Source: Eledone cirrhosa
Taxonomy: Eukaryota
DNA: 64,000 nt
Assembly: GCA_964016885.1 (NCBI GenBank)
Contig: OZ024742.1
Span: 107,942,001-108,006,000, forward strand
Reading direction: 5' to 3'
Of this stretch, positions 58,403 to 64,000 are shown in pieces. The notes beneath the pieces were generated by a model that did not search any database, had not been told where the DNA came from, and worked only from the letters and a program-made list of their open reading frames with translations. Each line of letters opens with the position of its first letter. The stretch's first letter is position 1. The position numbers and the translations under genes are program-made.

Positions 58403-59515
58403 CCCATAATATAAAGTAGGATATTAGAATCTGTTGAAGCAGAACTTGCTACACTGCAACAAAACACTTCATCGAACATAACGAATGCTTTATATTCTTT
58501 GCTTCAAGGAAATCTTTCTAGGAATATAGCAGAATTAATTGACCATCACTCGGTGAAATACTTCACACTCTGGTGTTTTTAACGGAGTATGTGTTGTTGC
58601 ATGGCGGCGAATTAGCCGAATATTTAGGGCATCGAATTAAATGCCTCAGTATCTATTGCGGCTCTCTGCTTTCTGAGTTCATATCCCAATAAGGTCACCT
58701 TTGACTTTCTTCCCTTCGATATCCTAGTGCAGTATTGGGATCGATTTTTCTTCTACTTTCCTTTATCACACCCCACACAAACTTTCTCTTTTTTTTAATC
58801 TCTCTCCTCCTCTTTCTGTAAAAGAAATCAGCTGTATTCAGACTTGGCGAGGGATGAGCGCCGTCAGGTTTAAAATGCTATAGACACGTGGTATGTCATG
58901 AGGGCGCCCCTACAAATCCATCAAGAGTTCAGTGTCTTTCCATTTTTTTATATGCTGTTACAAGTATTCTAGTCTGGTCTATTCTGGTATCTTGTCCTTG
59001 TGGAAAACTTAAACAATTTTACAATCAGACTTAGCAACTCTGAAAATGAGGTGCTGCCCTCCAAACTATGTTAGAGTATAATGCAAATAAAAAAAAATAA
59101 AGATTTCAATCGAATTTATATTTATATTATATTAAATGGGAATGGAGCATGGACGAATAGCTAAGAAGTTTGCTCCACAAACCTTACGACTCATGTTCGT
59201 TTCCATTGTGTTACACCGTGAGCAATTTTCATGTAACATAGCCTTGGGTTGGCACAACTCTTGTGAGTGAAATTAGGTATACGATACAGAAACTGTTAGG
59301 AAGCCTATCGTATTGGTCGTACCTATATTTCAAAAGACCAGAATTGTCACACACTATCGTGCAGAATATCCCTGAGAATTACATTACCGATACAAGTGAT
59401 GTCGAATGTTAAATCACTTGCACTATATTACAAGAACATGCTGTTTCGTCCACGGAACACATCAAACACTCATTATCGAAATCGACGGAGGTCCACTCCA
59501 TTCAATTAGCTTAAA

Positions 59516-59700
59516 TAATTGTTTCTACTTTTGGCACAAGGCCATCAATTACCCAGTACATTACTGGTACTTTATTTTATCGACCCCGTAAGGATGAAAG
59601 GCAAAGTTAACCTCGGCGGGATTTGAACTCAGACCGCAAAGGGACGTAACTATGCTGGAAAGCATGGCATCCGACTCTCAACCGATACTGCCAATCCACC
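59516..59700 (-). mobile_element. tRNA-SINE family 1, full length
   Basis: Complete head and body. Confidence 0.88.
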
Positions 59701-61325
59701 GCTTAAATAATAATGCATTCTCATGCCTTTGAAGGATTAAATAAACAATTTCACGAAGGTTTAATAACGAAGGATAAAGGAAGCTGTGATATATTCACGT
59801 TGCCAAATTATGGGTAATATAAAATAGTGAAATGTAATAATACTAAGCGCAATTAGAACTATTCGTTGTAAATCTTGCATTACGTCACTCGAAATAAGAA
59901 ATATCGTTGTACATTCATTATTCATGCTTGAATTTACCATTGTTTAGAAATGCAAAAATATTTACATTTTATTTCAGGTTTTGCTTCCGTAACAACTACC
60001 GCTCCACGTATTACGGCGCCAATATATCTAAAATTGCCTCGATCACTTCAGTCAGCCTATGGAATTTAATTCTTTTCAATAGGAAGAACGATTTCCCAGC
60101 GAATTATTTGCTTGGTTAATTCTTTTTCCTATTCAGAACAGCAAATGTTTTATACTTCTCATTTGAAAAGAAATTTACTTTACAAACGATGCAAAGCATT
60201 CTGCAGAGAAAATAAAAAGTCAATAGGATATCTTGAGGATAACATATTAAATATCTTAATATTTAAACATCCGCGAGCATTCAATAGAAAGTGAGAGCAA
60301 TCCTAAAGAAAACTAGAAAAGAAGGAGAGGGAGAGAAAGTGAAAGTGATAAGGTGAGAATGAGAGAAGGAGAATGAGAGAGGGAGAGTGAGAGATAATGA
60401 GAGGGAAAGAGAGAAAATTAATAATAGAAATGATTATTCTGAAAGCAAATTATTTCATGTTCTGTAAAATCTCATTCATTTGTATTTTTACACAACAATC
60501 CTTAATTGCAGGGAATTTTCAATGGATCAGATAAATATGGTAGTTGAATTATGTTCGATCAATAAGTGTTTATATAGTCAGACATTCCTTTGATATGCAA
60601 TTTTGAAAAGCTGGGGGATGAATAAAAAAACTGTGTTTTCTGGCAGTCGATTTTTGCTGTTGTTTTTGTGCCATTCCATAGCATTATTTTAAAGCTGTTG
60701 TATATTTCGTGTAAAATGTCGGTCATTAGTGCTTGGTAGCGAATTTCCACCGGATCATCTAGTAATTTATAAATAAAGCATTCAAATTGCACTTTGATAT
60801 TTGTTTCTAATCACATCGTAGGAGTTTTCTTATCTACATAGCGTAGAATATATGTATACGGGAGTAGTATACTTCAGTAAGGCGACGGATTGGTAGAATC
60901 ATTTGAACGTTGGATAAAATGATTTGCAGTTTTCCAGCTCTCTGTGCACTGGGTTCAAATACTGCCGCGGTCAGCTTTGCATTTCATCCTTTCGAGGTCA
61001 AAATATAAAGTACAAGTTCAGTACTTGGGTCTAGTCTTCCTCTCCATCAATTATTCTCTATTTCATTCTCAATCTTTGGAAAAAAAAAACTGGTTGTGTT
61101 CAGATCTGCAGAGAGATTAGCTTTGTCAAGTTTAAATGCCGAAGAGATACCGAATATCATGACGGCAAGTTTACGACACAAACAGGGATTAAGGAGACAT
61201 AACATGGCATACTTTATTAACGATGTAGATCTAGTTTGTAATTCGTGGATTTGAGATATATGACACATAATGTCGAAAACTGGGCGATTTGAGGTCAGGG
61301 ATTAACTAAATAGATGACGTTATTT

Positions 61326-61511
61326 GGTGGATTGGCAGTATAGGTAGAGAGTCGGACGCCATGCTTTCCAGCATAGTTACGTCTCTTTACGGTCTGAGTT
61401 CAAATCCCGCCGAGGTTAACTTTGCCTTTCATCCTTACGGGGTAGATAAAATAAAGTGCCAGTAATGCACTGGGTAATTGCTGGCATTGTGCCAAAAGTA
61501 GAAACAGTTAT
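61326..61511 (+). mobile_element. tRNA-SINE family 1, full length
   Basis: ggtggattggcagta...gagttcaaatcccgccgagg...gtagaaacagttatt. Confidence 0.88.
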
Positions 61512-61904
61512 TTAATTCATAAACCGTATCATTAATGTTATCCAATGACAACTCACGCACACGCACACACACATACATATACAGTGTATATATACATATA
61601 CATATACATATACGGTTCTGTGTGAGTGTGTGCTATTATATTACTGCGATTATTCTCTGTTGATACTCTGGGTTTAGTGAGTGATCAGCTAAACTCACAG
61701 TAACAGCAGAAACTAATCTGTGTAATATAATAAATACGTAACATACTCTACTTTAGAATTGAGCACTTTTTCCTCGTGTTGCTAAATACAAAGGTATGGA
61801 TACACGCACACACACACATACACACACACACTCACACATTCTTACACACACGTGTGTGTGTGTGTGCGTGTGCGTGTGCGTGTATGTATGTACGTATATA
61901 TATA

Positions 61905-62480
61905 CACGACAAAAATTATACGTACTCTTGTTTTTCTCTATTTATTGAAAGCAGGGTTGAAACAAGTACGCCATTTTTCTATATGGTCTCCTTCCTTTTC
62001 GATGCACTTGGTTCAGTGGTCCACAACCTCGCGTATTCCCTCCAAGAAGATTTTCGGTTGGTTGTGCAACCATTTATGCACCGCTCCTTGCAATTCGTGA
62101 TAACTCGCCGGTTCGTCATTACCACCTCTCGTCAGTGGTTGAGGTTGACGGATATTCTGCGCCTTCTTCCTGCGCCACGCCTGTCCGACCACTTTCAAAC
62201 TCCTCGATTAACTTATACACTCTTTTATGCGGCAGTTCCTTGTCACCCTATTGTGTTAAAAGTCTCCGGTGAATTTCAGCCTCTGACACACCTTCCAACC
62301 AGAGAAATTGGATCACTGCACTTTGTTCTTCCTTGGTGCGCACAGCTAGCGGAGTGGCCATGTTTATACTGAAACAACAACAAGAGAACTGGCGCGATCA
62401 AGCTGAAACTTTGATCACGTGATCATAATGGTACCAACTATAAGCGCGCATGAGCGGATAACTTTTGACTTACCCTCGTA
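61905..62480 (-). mobile_element. Internally deleted mariner element
   Basis: TIR TA-cgagggtaagtcaaaagttatccg at the right end. EIHRRL N-terminal remnant, and AVHKWL.NQP..F.EGI...KC.EKEGDYIEK C-terminal remnant. Left TIR is weak. Confidence 0.75.
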
Positions 62481-62484
62481 TATA

Positions 62485-62610
62485 TGATGGCTGCAACTCG
62501 AATTCGAATAATGCCATCGCTTGATACTTAAGCATGAGCAACACGGATAGGGACTTGCCTATGGCCAGCAATACCATGTGCAATGCCTGTACTTGAAGCT
62601 TTTTTTAAGT
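62485..62610 (-). mobile_element. Old diverged relative of the (TATG)n element terminus
   Basis: gatggctgcaactcgaattcgaataatgccatc hairpin and caatgcctgt...gaagctttt resemble the reverse complement of 12290-12520. Confidence 0.45.
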
Positions 62611-62721
62611 GAAGAAAGGCTCTACACGGGGCCAATCCCACTCTCTGAATGCATTTGAACATCGAATGCATTTGCCCCAAAAAGAACTTGTCTACATTAT
62701 TGGATGCAAACGAAGTCGCAG

Positions 62722-62763
<42 letters not shown>

Positions 62764-62864
62764 GCTTCTACAGGACTAGAACTGTTTCATTCGGGAGAAA
62801 TCATCATGAATTTGTATTGAGTAACTAACTTACTGTGGTTACCCCCGATTGAACCCGGGATAAA

Positions 62865-62918
<54 letters not shown>

Positions 62919-62940
62919 CGTATTTATATATATATATATG

Positions 62941-62998
<58 letters not shown>

Positions 62999-63327
62999 TA
63001 TATATATATTTTTTGTCGATCGACTTTCGTCAAATCGGACCGAGAAAACAATGTTTCCGCTGGTCTTTCCAATTGCTAATACTATCTATCGGTCGCAACT
63101 CCACGTAGAAGGAGCAACGTGAAATAAAGTGTCTTGCTCAAGGACATAACGCACCGCCCGGTCCAGGAATCGAACTGACACACTGGGTTGAGATACCTTG
63201 TCTTTAATGCGTAAAAATATCCATGATGCCCAGCAGACTACTGATGAAGGAAAATGTCCTCTTATTTATAAGTACACCTTATCCAGCAACTACACAGCCT
63301 CTGTTTCTCCTGCCCCCCCCCCCCACA

Positions 63328-63452
<125 letters not shown>

Positions 63453-63779
63453 TTCTAGCAGATCCTTCCAACGGTAACCTGCCACTCCATATCAGCACTA
63501 CTAACTGACTTCTGCAGCCATTACTAGCGTAGACCAGTCAGACAAATACAATACCGTCTACTCAATGTGTTCACGTGATATATACGGGCTTTGTATGATT
63601 CTTATTGATTGCTCTCTCTTCAGTTACTTCATTAGCATTTGAAGCAAGTACAGACACACACACACATATATACATATATTGGCACCTATACATATATACA
63701 CACCACACACAGGCAGACACAGATACAGACCCCCCCCCCCCCCCCCCCCACACACACACACCCACTCACCCCACACACA

Positions 63780-63897
<118 letters not shown>

Positions 63898-64000
63898 GTT
63901 CGAAGGCCTGGAAAAACGAAAATCAGGATTACACTCGAGATTAAATTGCAGATTAGATACAGAAATATGATATACTAGTTTTCAATAAATCCAACCGTAA

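Noticed and set aside
60559-61268. Short non-repetitive minus-strand ORFs as host exons
   Set aside because: No recognisable domain or supported splice structure.
63235-63270. CTGATGA-agg aaaatgt cct as a hammerhead
   Set aside because: No GAAA or stem III follows, so it is at best a decayed or chance match.

Overview
Eukaryotic, AT-rich, microsatellite-saturated intergenic or intronic DNA. The repeat style (tRNA-head SINEs, long (TA)n, (CA)n and (TATG)n) suggests an octopus or other cephalopod; this is an inference. No host protein-coding gene is supported, and almost all listed ORFs are microsatellite artefacts. The recognisable content is mobile DNA: at least three coding families of Penelope-like elements (PLEs), many short fold-back pLTR remnants embedded in (TA)n, an R4/Dong-type RLE non-LTR element stacked with a non-autonomous partner in (TATG)n, Tx1/L1 and RTE fragments, two Helitrons, Tc1/mariner relics, SINEs, a 3.2 kb 14-bp satellite and a ~75-bp minisatellite. 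The most interesting signal is a dense set of minimal type-I hammerhead ribozyme (HHR) motifs, about a dozen distinct ones read by eye. Many carry recurrent non-canonical features: a U-U pair closing stem II, a U3/A8 swap, an A4 core, and one covarying motif with a replaced core. One non-coding cassette has two tandem HHRs 461 nt apart and looks retrozyme/circRNA-like. All folds and alignments were done by eye and coordinates are approximate to a few bases.
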